IMG/VR virus record: IMGVR_UViG_3300018012_000099
Source of the DNA: a virus
Lineage: Duplodnaviria > Caudoviricetes
Direction: 5' to 3' (one strand)
Length of the DNA: 64,000 nucleotides
The stretch's first letter is position 1, and the number at the start of each line of letters is the position of its first letter. Made by a program: the position numbers and the translations under genes. Below, piece by piece: positions 38,642-48,206 of this stretch. Under the pieces are notes generated by a model. The model saw only the letters and a program-made list of their open reading frames with translations. It did not search any database and was not told where the DNA came from.

Positions 38642-39945
38642 TGAACACAAAATACATTTTGGATACATCGACTTTGGTTTATGATCCATGTGCTTACAAG
38701 CAGTTCCCGGATAGTACTGTAATTTTACCCATCACTGTTCTGAATGAATTAGATAAGTTAAAGAAAGGTTCATCAGAAGCTGCTCGTAATGCTAGGGTAG
38801 CGATTAGATTGCTCGATGAAATTTGTGAGCGCGGCGATATTAGTACAGGTATCCTACTTGAAGATAACGTCATGTTGAAAGTAGATGTTAATTATATTGA
38901 TCTTGGTGATATTGACTTTCGCACCTTCGGTGATCCCACTTACGGTGACACGCAAATTCTAGCCTGTGCTTATTCCAATTGGTTAAATGACCATGAAACA
39001 GTGTTGGTCAGCAATGATATTAACCTACGTGTCAAAGCTAAATCTCGCGGTATGGATGCCGAAGCTCACGAGGGCACCAGATTCTCGTTGACTGATTTGT
39101 ACTCTGGTAGTCAAGTGATTCGCGATGAAGAGGCTGGTTTAGATTTGCAACAGCAAGGATTTATTGATCCTCGTTGCTATGGTCTTAAGCTTAACCCACA
39201 CGAATGTGTTTTGTTTGAATCTGACAATGGTGACGGTATCGCCATAGGTCGTCAGGTGGCTCCTGATAAACTCAAAATAATCAAGAAACATTATCCGTGG
39301 AATATTGCTGCGCGTAACAAGGAACAATCTTTTGCTATCGATCTAATTATGGATCCTGCTGTAAACTTGGTGACCCTCATCGGTCGCGCCGGTACTGGTA
39401 AAAGCTTAATCGTTTTAGCCACGGCTCTTGAATTAGTCCTTAATAAGAGAGAATATGACAAATTCATTATCTATCGTCCAGTTCAACCTGTTGGGAACGA
39501 TATCGGTTTCTTGCCCGGTACTATGGAAGAGAAGTTGGCTCCTTGGTTCCAGGCTATTATGGACAATTTCGAAATGCTTTTCCACTCAAAAAACGGTGGT
39601 GACTGGAGAAGAGAATTAGAAATGTATCAGAAGAAGGGTAGAATTGAAATGGAGGCTATTACCTACATTCGTGGTCGTAGCATTCCTAATGCTATTATTC
39701 TAATTGATGAGTGTCAAAACCTCAGTAAAGAAGATGTAAAAACTATCCTCACTCGTGCGGGTGAGAATACAAAAATCATCTTAACTGGTGATATAGAGCA
39801 AATTGACAATTCGGTGTTGGATGCTACCAGCAACGGACTGACCCATGTTATTGAGAAATTTAAAGACTCGGATATGGCTGGGCATATTACCTTTATCCAG
39901 GGTGAGCGTAGCAAGCTTGCCTCCCGAGCTGCCGAGATTTTGTAA
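38641..39945 (+). CDS. phoH: PhoH-family ATPase with N-terminal PIN domain (PhoH2)
   Basis: YILDTS, VLNELD, LVSNDINLR (PIN); GRAGTGKS, IGFLPG, IRGRS, IDECQN, GDIEQID. Confidence 0.92.
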   Translation: MNTKYILDTSTLVYDPCAYKQFPDSTVILPITVLNELDKLKKGSSEAARNARVAIRLLDEICERGDISTGILLEDNVMLKVDVNYIDLGDIDFRTFGDPTYGDTQILACAYSNWLNDHETVLVSNDINLRVKAKSRGMDAEAHEGTRFSLTDLYSGSQVIRDEEAGLDLQQQGFIDPRCYGLKLNPHECVLFESDNGDGIAIGRQVAPDKLKIIKKHYPWNIAARNKEQSFAIDLIMDPAVNLVTLIGRAGTGKSLIVLATALELVLNKREYDKFIIYRPVQPVGNDIGFLPGTMEEKLAPWFQAIMDNFEMLFHSKNGGDWRRELEMYQKKGRIEMEAITYIRGRSIPNAIILIDECQNLSKEDVKTILTRAGENTKIILTGDIEQIDNSVLDATSNGLTHVIEKFKDSDMAGHITFIQGERSKLASRAAEIL

Positions 39946-39954
39946 GGAGTCCTG

Positions 39955-40278
39955 ATGAGTAAAGAAAAGAAAGTTGTTCAAGCTGAAGCTACCCCTAGTG
40001 CTCCAGCACAAACCCCCGTTCCTCCGGCACCAGCTCTTGGTTCGGAAAGACTTTCCGAAGTGGATAAGTTGAGTTTGGATTTGGCTCGAACCAAGCGTCA
40101 AACCGCTTTAGCTGAAGCTAAAACCGCTCTAGCCAATAACGAAAATGCGGAACTAACTTATAAGTATTTGATACTACAATTATATATGAAGTATGGATTA
40201 ACAGCGCAAGACGCAATTTCAGAAGCCGGTGATATCATTCGTGGGGGCGCTATTCCACAACCTCCTCACAAGGAATGA
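39955..40278 (+). CDS. Hypothetical coiled-coil protein
   Basis: 107 aa; Pro/Ala-rich N-terminus, helical core; AAGGAG SD. Confidence 0.5.
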   Translation: MSKEKKVVQAEATPSAPAQTPVPPAPALGSERLSEVDKLSLDLARTKRQTALAEAKTALANNENAELTYKYLILQLYMKYGLTAQDAISEAGDIIRGGAIPQPPHKE

Positions 40279-40526
40279 TGATGGATTTGCAAGAACTATT
40301 AGATTTGATTGCTATTCGCAGCTATGTGGTCAATGCGGTCGCTAACCCTATTTTTGATAGAACAATTGTCAGAGACTTAGACGGTATTCTGATCCTTTTG
40401 GATAAGAAAATTGCCAGCATTCTAACTGGCAAGGACTTTAAAGAGTATATCGGTTACGCTAACGTCAGAAAAGCGATTGAAGACGTTGTTCGTGTCACCA
40501 ACATCAAATCTGGTATTAAAAAATAA
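40275..40526 (+). CDS. Hypothetical protein
   Basis: 83-aa coupled ORF. Confidence 0.5.
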   Translation: MMMDLQELLDLIAIRSYVVNAVANPIFDRTIVRDLDGILILLDKKIASILTGKDFKEYIGYANVRKAIEDVVRVTNIKSGIKK

Positions 40527-40547
40527 TTTCTCGTAAAGGTAAGTTGC

Positions 40548-41357
40548 ATGAGAACTGACAGAAAAAACCCTTTTGCTTCCAACATGCTTGTGTCTTTGAA
40601 AGACGATAAGTGGCTTAATTATCAACGTATAGCAGGACGCATTGCCTCTGATGCGTTAATTGCTTTGGAGCAAGAAGTCGAAAAAAGAACTCAACTGTCG
40701 TTAATTGATCTCAACGCTTATGCAGAAGAGATTATTACTAAGGCGGGCGGCATTCCCACTTTCAAAGGATATGGTAAACCGCCCTTTCCTGCCGGAGTTT
40801 GTATTTCTGTGGGAAAAAAGTTAGTACACGGCATTCCTACCGGTTATCGCTTGCAGGAAGGAGATGTTGTCAGTTTTGATTTAGGCGTTACTATTGAAGG
40901 CGCTATTGCGGATACGGCTATTACCTGTATTTATGGTCAGGCCAAATCGGAGCAACACGTTAAATTAGTGCGGGCTACAGAAGAGGCTTTAACACAAGGC
41001 ATCCGAGCTATCCAAGTAGGTAAACGATTGGGATGTATTGGTGAAGCTATTTATAAATCTGCTAGAAATAGCAATTTCTCGGTCATTAATAACTATGGTG
41101 GACATGGTCTTTCATGGAATACTCCGCACGATAGTCCATTTGTGGCAAATAAGTCAACAAGTAGCGAGGGTATAAGAATACAAAATAATTTGACTCTTGC
41201 TATAGAGCCTATGCTGACAACCGGATCGGTTAAAACTTGGACAGACAAAGATGGTTGGACGGTATGGTGCGAGGCAGAAATGTCCTCGCATTTTGAACAT
41301 ACCATATACGTTCATGAAGATTGTGTAGAAATTATCACGGATAGGAGTAGGTTATGA
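40548..41357 (+). CDS. map: Methionine aminopeptidase type I
   Basis: FPAGVCIS..VHGIP, SFDLG (D), ADTAIT (D), GGHG (H), AIEPM (E), HFEHT (E): all five metal ligands present. Confidence 0.93.
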   Translation: MRTDRKNPFASNMLVSLKDDKWLNYQRIAGRIASDALIALEQEVEKRTQLSLIDLNAYAEEIITKAGGIPTFKGYGKPPFPAGVCISVGKKLVHGIPTGYRLQEGDVVSFDLGVTIEGAIADTAITCIYGQAKSEQHVKLVRATEEALTQGIRAIQVGKRLGCIGEAIYKSARNSNFSVINNYGGHGLSWNTPHDSPFVANKSTSSEGIRIQNNLTLAIEPMLTTGSVKTWTDKDGWTVWCEAEMSSHFEHTIYVHEDCVEIITDRSRL

Positions 41358-41551
41358 AAAAATTGTTTGGTTATACTTGGGTAGGATGGTTGAACATCAT
41401 CGTTTTGCAATGGTTATTCGTTCGACTTTACTATGCAGAGAGTGATAGTGGTAGCGTTGAAAATTATGGCATCATTTTTCCGATTGTTCCTTTGACCGGC
41501 TGGTGGAGTGATTATCTCCCGTTATCCAAGTACTGGAATATAAAATTATGA
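41354..41551 (+). CDS. Small hydrophobic (membrane) protein
   Basis: Two hydrophobic segments in 65 aa. Confidence 0.45.
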   Translation: MKKLFGYTWVGWLNIIVLQWLFVRLYYAESDSGSVENYGIIFPIVPLTGWWSDYLPLSKYWNIKL

Positions 41552-41724
41552 AGATTACTTTTGAGGACAAGAGTTACGTGGATTGCTATAAATCAGATTC
41601 TCCAGGTAAAATAGTGCTAGTTATTTCTGCTAAAGACGGTTCAGATCCGTTAAAAAAAATTACCAACGCAGTAGAATTAACTATTGACGAGTTCAAGAAG
41701 CTTATTTCCAATGTTCAGGTGTAA
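41548..41724 (+). CDS. Small hypothetical protein (58 aa; not in the ORF track)
   Basis: MKITFEDKSYVDCYKSDSPGKIVLVISAKDG...QV*; ATGA-coupled and fills the gap. Confidence 0.55.
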   Translation: MKITFEDKSYVDCYKSDSPGKIVLVISAKDGSDPLKKITNAVELTIDEFKKLISNVQV

Positions 41725-41725
41725 A

Positions 41726-42274
41726 ATGAAAGTGTATTTTGTGGGAAGTCATTCGGTTGGTAAAACGACTTTGGCACGCCATGTTTCGGAAACTTACAAT
41801 TTGCCCATGATTACCGAGGTGGCCCGTATGGTTCTATCGGAAAAAGAATTACACCTCGATTCACTTCGCCACGATATCAAATTAGTGAACGACTATCAGA
41901 CACAAATTTTCTATCGACAACTTAAAGAAGAGGAAAAGGAAGAAAAATTTGTTTCCGATAGGAGTTTTGATTGTCTCGCTTATGCTGCCCAACATACCTA
42001 TATTCTACCCGATCTACTATATTCTCCCGATTTAACTACCTATCTAGAAAAGCTCCGAGAGCCAGACACCTTTATCTTTTTCGTTCGACCCAGTAAAGCT
42101 ACCCTCAGATCTGATGGCGTTAGGGAGCAAATTAGCTGGGACGGTATTATCGCTATCGATGCCTATATCAAGTTTATGCTCCAGATGTGGCAATTAAGGC
42201 ATTTTCAAATTAATATGGACAATATGCAAGAGAGAGTACAAATGATTAATGCCGTCCTATCTTTAAAGAAGTAA
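41726..42274 (+). CDS. P-loop nucleotide-kinase-like protein (AAA_28/NadR/thymidylate-kinase-like)
   Basis: MKVYFVGSHSVGKTT, ITEVAR, FVSDRSFDCLAY. Confidence 0.75.
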   Translation: MKVYFVGSHSVGKTTLARHVSETYNLPMITEVARMVLSEKELHLDSLRHDIKLVNDYQTQIFYRQLKEEEKEEKFVSDRSFDCLAYAAQHTYILPDLLYSPDLTTYLEKLREPDTFIFFVRPSKATLRSDGVREQISWDGIIAIDAYIKFMLQMWQLRHFQINMDNMQERVQMINAVLSLKK

Positions 42275-42290
42275 TGCTACTAATTTGATA

Positions 42291-42315
42291 TTCTCTTGAG
42301 AATAACTCAAGAGGA
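42291..42315 (+). promoter_or_regulatory. RBS-sequestering hairpin
   Basis: TTCTCTTGAG-AATAA-CTCAAGAGGA: perfect 8-bp core, 10 bp with one G:U; the 3' arm contains the GAGGA SD of the ATG at 42319. Confidence 0.55.
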
Positions 42316-42318
42316 TAC

Positions 42319-42462
42319 ATGGGTAGCATTTTAGTTCCGGGATATTTGCGTTGGGACGGTTTCAAGTACGTGCTTGATCCAAACATAACGCATGCAATGT
42401 CTTTTAATAGCTCTTTCTATGTATATTTTGATGGTTTTAAGTTTATAAAGATTAGCGTATGA
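42319..42462 (+). CDS. 47-aa mini-ORF (not in the ORF track) heading the fibre cluster
   Basis: GAGGA SD; MGSILVPGYLRWDGFKYVLDP...YFDGFKFIKISV*. Confidence 0.5.
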   Translation: MGSILVPGYLRWDGFKYVLDPNITHAMSFNSSFYVYFDGFKFIKISV

Positions 42463-42514
42463 TCATATACTAACATTTTTGCATAGTCTTTGACTCTATT
42501 TGTGTCGGAGATTT

Positions 42515-43210
42515 ATGAGCAACTATCCTAATAGTATAGATGATTCTACTACATTGCCGCCTGCTTCGGGTGATGACGCCGTGTCAGTTAATGCTGCGAT
42601 AGGTGCCATAGAAGCTATAGAAAATGAGTTAGGGCTAGTTCCGTCAGGAGTATATGCTGATGTCAGAACTCGATTAGATATTTTAGAAGCTCGTATCAAT
42701 AACCCTTTTGCTCCCGCGCCCGACGTACTTAATCCTTTTTTTATAGGAAATACCGGCGTTACCGTCCAGGCGGGATTTGGAGATCCCAATCTTGCTTTGG
42801 CTATTCCACCTCCTAAGACTGGATCTTTATTTCTTCGCGAGGATGGCTATCAAAATGTCTATGTATTTAGACCAGATGGATATTGGCACGATATTGATTC
42901 CGCTAGTTTTGCTGCCCCCATCATAGTAACCACTAAAATAATCACTGGCAATTACGTATTCGATACCCCACTTCCTGACTATGTAATTTTTTGCAACGGC
43001 ACCGCCCCAATCATCATTAACTTACCATCAGCAACAACGGGAAGACAAATTATTATTAAAGATATTTCGGGAAACGCCGCCGCTAATCCTATCACCCTAT
43101 CCCCCGTAGCCGGTGCCACAATTGATGGAAGTTCTTCATTTGTCATACAGTCTAATAGAGCATCTCTAACGCTGACTGCCGCCAGTAATTCTAATTGGTA
43201 CATCCTGTAA
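42515..43210 (+). CDS. Tail-fibre/RBP-associated adaptor protein
   Basis: N-terminal YPNSID..LP...AIEAIENELG is shared with 52599..53576. C-terminal INLP...GRQIIIKD...ATIDG...WYIL domain is shared with 43252..45903. Confidence 0.6.
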   Translation: MSNYPNSIDDSTTLPPASGDDAVSVNAAIGAIEAIENELGLVPSGVYADVRTRLDILEARINNPFAPAPDVLNPFFIGNTGVTVQAGFGDPNLALAIPPPKTGSLFLREDGYQNVYVFRPDGYWHDIDSASFAAPIIVTTKIITGNYVFDTPLPDYVIFCNGTAPIIINLPSATTGRQIIIKDISGNAAANPITLSPVAGATIDGSSSFVIQSNRASLTLTAASNSNWYIL

Positions 43211-43251
43211 TGTGATGGGTAATAAATGTGCATTTATTCTGTGAGGACTAG

Positions 43252-45903
43252 ATGACACAACAGTATTATATGCGAGGTTACAACACTGCTGCTCCTGGGA
43301 CGGTGGGATATGTGGACTGGGTAGTTAATGACGCCCCCGACTCCACCGCAGCATTTGTGCCTTCTCCTTATAATCCGTCACATATTTCTAATATCGTCGT
43401 CAACAGGGTTGTTACTTCCAAAGTTAATAATTTTTTTAACCCTACTATTTTACCTTCCTTCGTATCGCCCAATTATACTAACCCGGTCGATGGATATTTT
43501 TTACATCTAAACAGTTATGATTGGTTGAATCCAATTCCTCCCAATTTAACTCAAACATTACCTCCGCCATCTCAACCTATTGGTTTAGCGGTGGTGCGAG
43601 GCACCAGTGACGGCACCCATCTTAATCCATATTCTGCTTTATTTTGGAGCGAAGGATCTCAATCCTGGTCATTTGCTCAAATAAATGCTAACGGCACTAT
43701 AGGCTCTTCTCAGACCATATCTATGGGATCCTTAATAATTGATGGTTATTTGGGTGTACAGCCGACCAATTCATCGCCAGCTATTTTTTCTTCCACTGGT
43801 TTGATTAGAATAGCTAATAATCAATCTGATGCAACTGGTAATACCGGAGCCATTAAATCTCGTAACCACACCAGTTCCGGTGATATTAGTATAGCTTTTA
43901 CTGATAATGTCGATAACGTGGTCATAGGTGATGCTACTCATAATGTAATTATTGGTGGTACCGCTGCCAATACTATTGGTTTTCCCGCTACTAGCCTGAC
44001 CACCGTAGCAGGTAATTTATTGGTGTTAGGCACTTCTACTACCGTAGAAAGTACTGTCATAGATATAGTAGGTCGAGTTATCCACGCCAATTGGAGCGTG
44101 GTCCCTAATGTGGCACCACCCACTCAAGTAGTGGGTTATACCGTTCACCGTGGGGCAGGTGCTACCAATCAAAATGATGGTGCCGCTATTATTTGGACCG
44201 AGGGCACACAAACGGTCACCGGCTCTGACGGTTATTGGAGATTCGTTACCTTACCGCAAGATAATGATGGATATACTATTACTTCTAGCCCCAATATCCT
44301 TAATATTATGGCAGCGGGTCTTTCTGTGGCAGCCACACCCAATCCGGTCAGTACTACTTTGCCAGCAGTGGGCGGTCTTAGAACACAAACTAATACAACT
44401 GCCGTTTCTGCCAGAAATGCTGCGGGCACCTCTGATCACCTATTATTGGGCACGGATAATGCCGATCACATCACCCTAGGGGCTACCTCCTCTCCTCATA
44501 ATGCAGGATTTATTTTTAATACTACCACGGGCAGCATATACGATTTCTGGGTCAATTCAGCTTCTCAAGTACAAATTGGAGCTAATGCTATCACCTTTAC
44601 CGGTACCGATACTTCGCCAACTTTATCACAAGCTTTAGTATCTACTGCCTCTGCCACCGGACAAACCCTTACTATTCAATCCCAAAATGCTACTGGCACC
44701 ACCTCTATCGGTGGCAATCTCAATTTGACATCAGGAACCGGAACTTCTGTTGATGGATATGTTAATTTACAATTTGGTGGTACCACAGTCCTCACCGTAT
44801 CATCAACTACCTTAGTCACTATGAGCGGCACTACTTTCCAGTTCACTTCAGGCGTGGTTGCCCCCACCATCAATCAAGCTACCACCGGTAGCGCTAGCGG
44901 ACAAGCACTCACCCTACAAGCACAAAATGCTGCTACCACGGGTGGTGGTTTAACTCTTACTTCTGGTACCGGAAGCAGTTCTGCCAATGCAGGTATTGTT
45001 AATATTCAAACGGGCACAGCTACTAGAGTATCTGTTAATCCAACATTTACTTCATTTAGTGATACGACAGAAGCATTACGCGTTACTCCGGTATCTGCTG
45101 GTACTACACAAATTACTTATGCTGCGACCGTGACTGCCGCCTCTATCAATCAAACCACTACGGGTAGTGCCACCGGTGCCAATATGACATTACAGGCACA
45201 AAATGCCGCAACAACTGGTGGTAATACTGTCATTACTTCTGGTACGGGTACTACTGCTGGTAATGTGCAATTGCAAACTGGAACAGTAGATCGTATAATT
45301 GTACATCCAACCTTTACTGAATATCGAGATTCTGCTGAAGCCTATCGTGTTACTCCGGTGTCTGCCGGAACGACTACCCTACAAGCAGCCAGCACGGTCA
45401 CTGCCGTCATCTATAAACAAGCTGACTTAACCACCAATAGTGGAGTCGGTGCCGCCACCACAGTGCAAGCACAAAATGAAACGGGCACCACCTCTACAGG
45501 CGGTAATTTAGTTCTTACTTCTGGTACTGGCACTTCCACTAACGGAACCGTTAATCTGCAGGTAGGTGGTGTGACTACTGCCTCGCTGGTAACTAACAAG
45601 TTTGTTACCAATAAGGGTCGTCGTCGAAATGTCACCCCAATTACAGCCAATTATCCTGTAGTAACTTCCGATGATATTATTGCAGTTGGAACCTTATCAG
45701 CAGGCATTACGGTCACCCTGCCCTCTTCCCCCACAACTGGCGACTCTTATGATATCAAAGATACAGTAGGGGGTGCTGCTACCAATAGTATCACAGTATC
45801 GGGTAATGGAAATAATATTGATGGAGCGGCTAATTTTACCATAAATACCAATTACGGTTCTGTAACCGTTGTATTCACGGGTACTGTCTGGAGTATTTTG
45901 TAA
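43252..45903 (+). CDS. Tail fibre protein with QAQN...GG..LTSGTG repeats
   Basis: 883 aa, T/G/S/A-rich; four repeat modules; C-terminal TLP...GDSYDIKD...NIDG...WSIL domain. Confidence 0.7.
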   Translation: MTQQYYMRGYNTAAPGTVGYVDWVVNDAPDSTAAFVPSPYNPSHISNIVVNRVVTSKVNNFFNPTILPSFVSPNYTNPVDGYFLHLNSYDWLNPIPPNLTQTLPPPSQPIGLAVVRGTSDGTHLNPYSALFWSEGSQSWSFAQINANGTIGSSQTISMGSLIIDGYLGVQPTNSSPAIFSSTGLIRIANNQSDATGNTGAIKSRNHTSSGDISIAFTDNVDNVVIGDATHNVIIGGTAANTIGFPATSLTTVAGNLLVLGTSTTVESTVIDIVGRVIHANWSVVPNVAPPTQVVGYTVHRGAGATNQNDGAAIIWTEGTQTVTGSDGYWRFVTLPQDNDGYTITSSPNILNIMAAGLSVAATPNPVSTTLPAVGGLRTQTNTTAVSARNAAGTSDHLLLGTDNADHITLGATSSPHNAGFIFNTTTGSIYDFWVNSASQVQIGANAITFTGTDTSPTLSQALVSTASATGQTLTIQSQNATGTTSIGGNLNLTSGTGTSVDGYVNLQFGGTTVLTVSSTTLVTMSGTTFQFTSGVVAPTINQATTGSASGQALTLQAQNAATTGGGLTLTSGTGSSSANAGIVNIQTGTATRVSVNPTFTSFSDTTEALRVTPVSAGTTQITYAATVTAASINQTTTGSATGANMTLQAQNAATTGGNTVITSGTGTTAGNVQLQTGTVDRIIVHPTFTEYRDSAEAYRVTPVSAGTTTLQAASTVTAVIYKQADLTTNSGVGAATTVQAQNETGTTSTGGNLVLTSGTGTSTNGTVNLQVGGVTTASLVTNKFVTNKGRRRNVTPITANYPVVTSDDIIAVGTLSAGITVTLPSSPTTGDSYDIKDTVGGAATNSITVSGNGNNIDGAANFTINTNYGSVTVVFTGTVWSIL

Positions 45904-47754
45904 TTCGGAAACAGCTGATATATAGTATTTCGGAGGTCAGAAATGACAAACGAAATACCTGAGCAAATATGGTCGTTGTATCGAATTATAAACAAAATCA
46001 ACGGAAAAATCTATATCGGTCAAGCTGCCGAAGTATCCAAGCGCTGGTATGATCATCGCAGAGCAGTTAAACTAAATAAACCAACTCAAATCGTTCACCG
46101 TGCCATGATAAAATATGGTTTAGATAACTTTGAATTCGAAGTTATAGCGTCCTGTAAAACTCAAGAGGATGCTAATGAGACCGAAACAGAATTAGTTAGA
46201 CAATACGATAGTTTTGTTAAAAATGGCAAAGGATATAATGCTACCTTTGGCGGTATGAATGCCCCAAAAACCGAAGAGTGGAAACAAATAATGCGAGATA
46301 TTAAGGCAGATCCAATTTTCAAAAATAAAATGTCAACACTTTTAAAACAGTCTTGGAACGAAAGTCCAGAAAGAAAACAACAACTGTCAGAGCACAATAA
46401 AAATCTATGGCAAGACACAGAATACAGAAAAAATATGTTGTCCATCACTGAAAAAACTCAATTCAAAAGAGGCAGAATTGTTCCTGAAGAAATAAAAGAA
46501 GCTATTTCAAAAGCTAATTCAGGTAAAGTTGCATGGAATAAGAATATTAAAGGAATAATGAAACCAAACAAAACCTCTTTTAAGGTGGGTCAAAATATAG
46601 GGGAAAATAACGTAAACAGCAAGTTGAATTGGTCAATTGTGTCTAGTATTAGAAAAGATAGAAATGATGGTTTATCTTACAAACAACTCGCTGATAAATA
46701 TCAGATAAGTAAATCTGTCATCGCTCAAGTTGTTACGTTTAGAACTTGGAAAGTTAAAAGCTAACTACCAATTATTAGGAATATACGTATGACTTACAAA
46801 GAACCCTCTGCCACCGGCTCAGAACCAGGACTAATTACTCTAACGAATGATTTAGGAGGTTCGGCTACCTCTCCGTCAGTAATTACTCTGACGGGATCTG
46901 CTGTTAATAAAATAGCAGGATATCCTGGAGCTACCACTACCCGAGGTGCTCTCTGGATGGGCAGCACTAACGTCGCCTCTCCCAGCAACGTCAACTTCAC
47001 ACTTTCCACCGATGCCAGCGCCAATACTTACTTGGGTGCCTTGGGTGCCAGTAACGGCAACTTCTTCTTCTACGCCGCACCGGGTGGCACACTAACCCAG
47101 TTGGCACTGTGGGGTGGTCAAAGTGGAGATAACCTGTTATTGGGGGCTCCAGCTACTGACCAACTTAATATCACGCCTGCTGGTTTGTCTATTACCACTC
47201 CAACAGCAGATACCGCCACCAACAATATCACACTGACACCACAAGCTCCTAACGGCAGCGCTACCTCGCATAAGACCCCCGGTAGCGTGGTGGTTAATGC
47301 TCCTCTACCTATCAGTGGTGGTGGAGAAGGTACTTTCCAATATCAAAGAAATGGACAACCATATTTTACCGTGCAAGGTTTGGTAGGTGGTCCCACTTCC
47401 TATGCCGGCATCTACCTGGGACCTAACCTAACGCCCAACACCAGCAATCATTGTTTAGTTTCTGATAATACCAACGTGTTCGTTAATTCACCTGGAGCCG
47501 GTGCTGTCCAACTACAGGTCAATGGTATTGTACAGGAGAACATTACCTCTTCTTCTATAGCAATCACTCCAGTTTCTTTAAGTTGGGTAACTGGAACCAC
47601 TTCTCCTAAACTAGCTCAAGCCGACAACACTACCAGTTCGGCTACTGCCACCAATTTGACCGTCCAAGCTCAAAATGCTACTGGAACTACCTCCGTGGGT
47701 GGAAACTTAGTTCTTACTTCTGGTACTGGTACTTCCACCAATGGAACTGTTAAT
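45508..47754 (+). repeat. 48-bp near-identical repeat shared by two fibre genes (45508-45555 and 47707-47754)
   Basis: 44/48 identical; all four differences are synonymous C/T at third codon positions. Confidence 0.8.
45943..46764 (+). CDS. GIY-YIG homing endonuclease
   Basis: SLYRIINKINGKIYIGQA, RWYDH, RAMIKYG..NFEFEVI, GYNATFGG, AWNK, NSKLNWSIV plus HTH. Confidence 0.88.
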   Translation: MTNEIPEQIWSLYRIINKINGKIYIGQAAEVSKRWYDHRRAVKLNKPTQIVHRAMIKYGLDNFEFEVIASCKTQEDANETETELVRQYDSFVKNGKGYNATFGGMNAPKTEEWKQIMRDIKADPIFKNKMSTLLKQSWNESPERKQQLSEHNKNLWQDTEYRKNMLSITEKTQFKRGRIVPEEIKEAISKANSGKVAWNKNIKGIMKPNKTSFKVGQNIGENNVNSKLNWSIVSSIRKDRNDGLSYKQLADKYQISKSVIAQVVTFRTWKVKS

Positions 47755-48198
47755 GTGCAAGCAGGAGGTAGTACCAAGTTAGCTGTTACACCAAGCCAAG
47801 TGCAAGTAACTGAACAATTTCTATTACAAAGCATTATTCTCAATGATGGTTACTCGGGAGCTACTACTACAGATGGTGGTACATACACCATTTATACGGA
47901 ACCTGCCCAAGCTACTTCTACCAGCTATGATTATGTAGTGACTGTGGTGGGTCAAGAGGCTTCGGATGGGGATTTGTATCGTGCTGACTTTTCTTTTAAC
48001 TACCAAAGAATTGCATCCGCTGGTCCTACGGTAGCCGGTGCTGCACCTACAGCGCTTAATGTTAGAACCACCGGAGATGGTAGCAGCTGGAGTGCAGCTA
48101 TTTCTACTGCCGGAAATAGTGTGATAGTAAATGTAACAGGTCAAGTAGGTAATACGGTAAACTGGGTAGTAGCTTTTAATAGAATTACTTGCGCCTAA
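46789..48198 (+). CDS. Tail fibre protein
   Basis: 469 aa; ITLTNDLGG motif; one QAQN repeat nearly identical in DNA to 45508-45555. Confidence 0.65.
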   Translation: MTYKEPSATGSEPGLITLTNDLGGSATSPSVITLTGSAVNKIAGYPGATTTRGALWMGSTNVASPSNVNFTLSTDASANTYLGALGASNGNFFFYAAPGGTLTQLALWGGQSGDNLLLGAPATDQLNITPAGLSITTPTADTATNNITLTPQAPNGSATSHKTPGSVVVNAPLPISGGGEGTFQYQRNGQPYFTVQGLVGGPTSYAGIYLGPNLTPNTSNHCLVSDNTNVFVNSPGAGAVQLQVNGIVQENITSSSIAITPVSLSWVTGTTSPKLAQADNTTSSATATNLTVQAQNATGTTSVGGNLVLTSGTGTSTNGTVNVQAGGSTKLAVTPSQVQVTEQFLLQSIILNDGYSGATTTDGGTYTIYTEPAQATSTSYDYVVTVVGQEASDGDLYRADFSFNYQRIASAGPTVAGAAPTALNVRTTGDGSSWSAAISTAGNSVIVNVTGQVGNTVNWVVAFNRITCA

Positions 48199-48206
48199 GG
48201 GATAAA

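Noticed and set aside
26109-46764. GIY-YIG genes as group I intron ORFs
   Set aside because: The flanking genes have their own starts and complete ends, and the intergenic space is too short for an intron core.
45508-47754. Diversity-generating retroelement TR/VR pair
   Set aside because: The four mismatches are synonymous C/T changes, not adenine-specific, and no reverse transcriptase is in the window.
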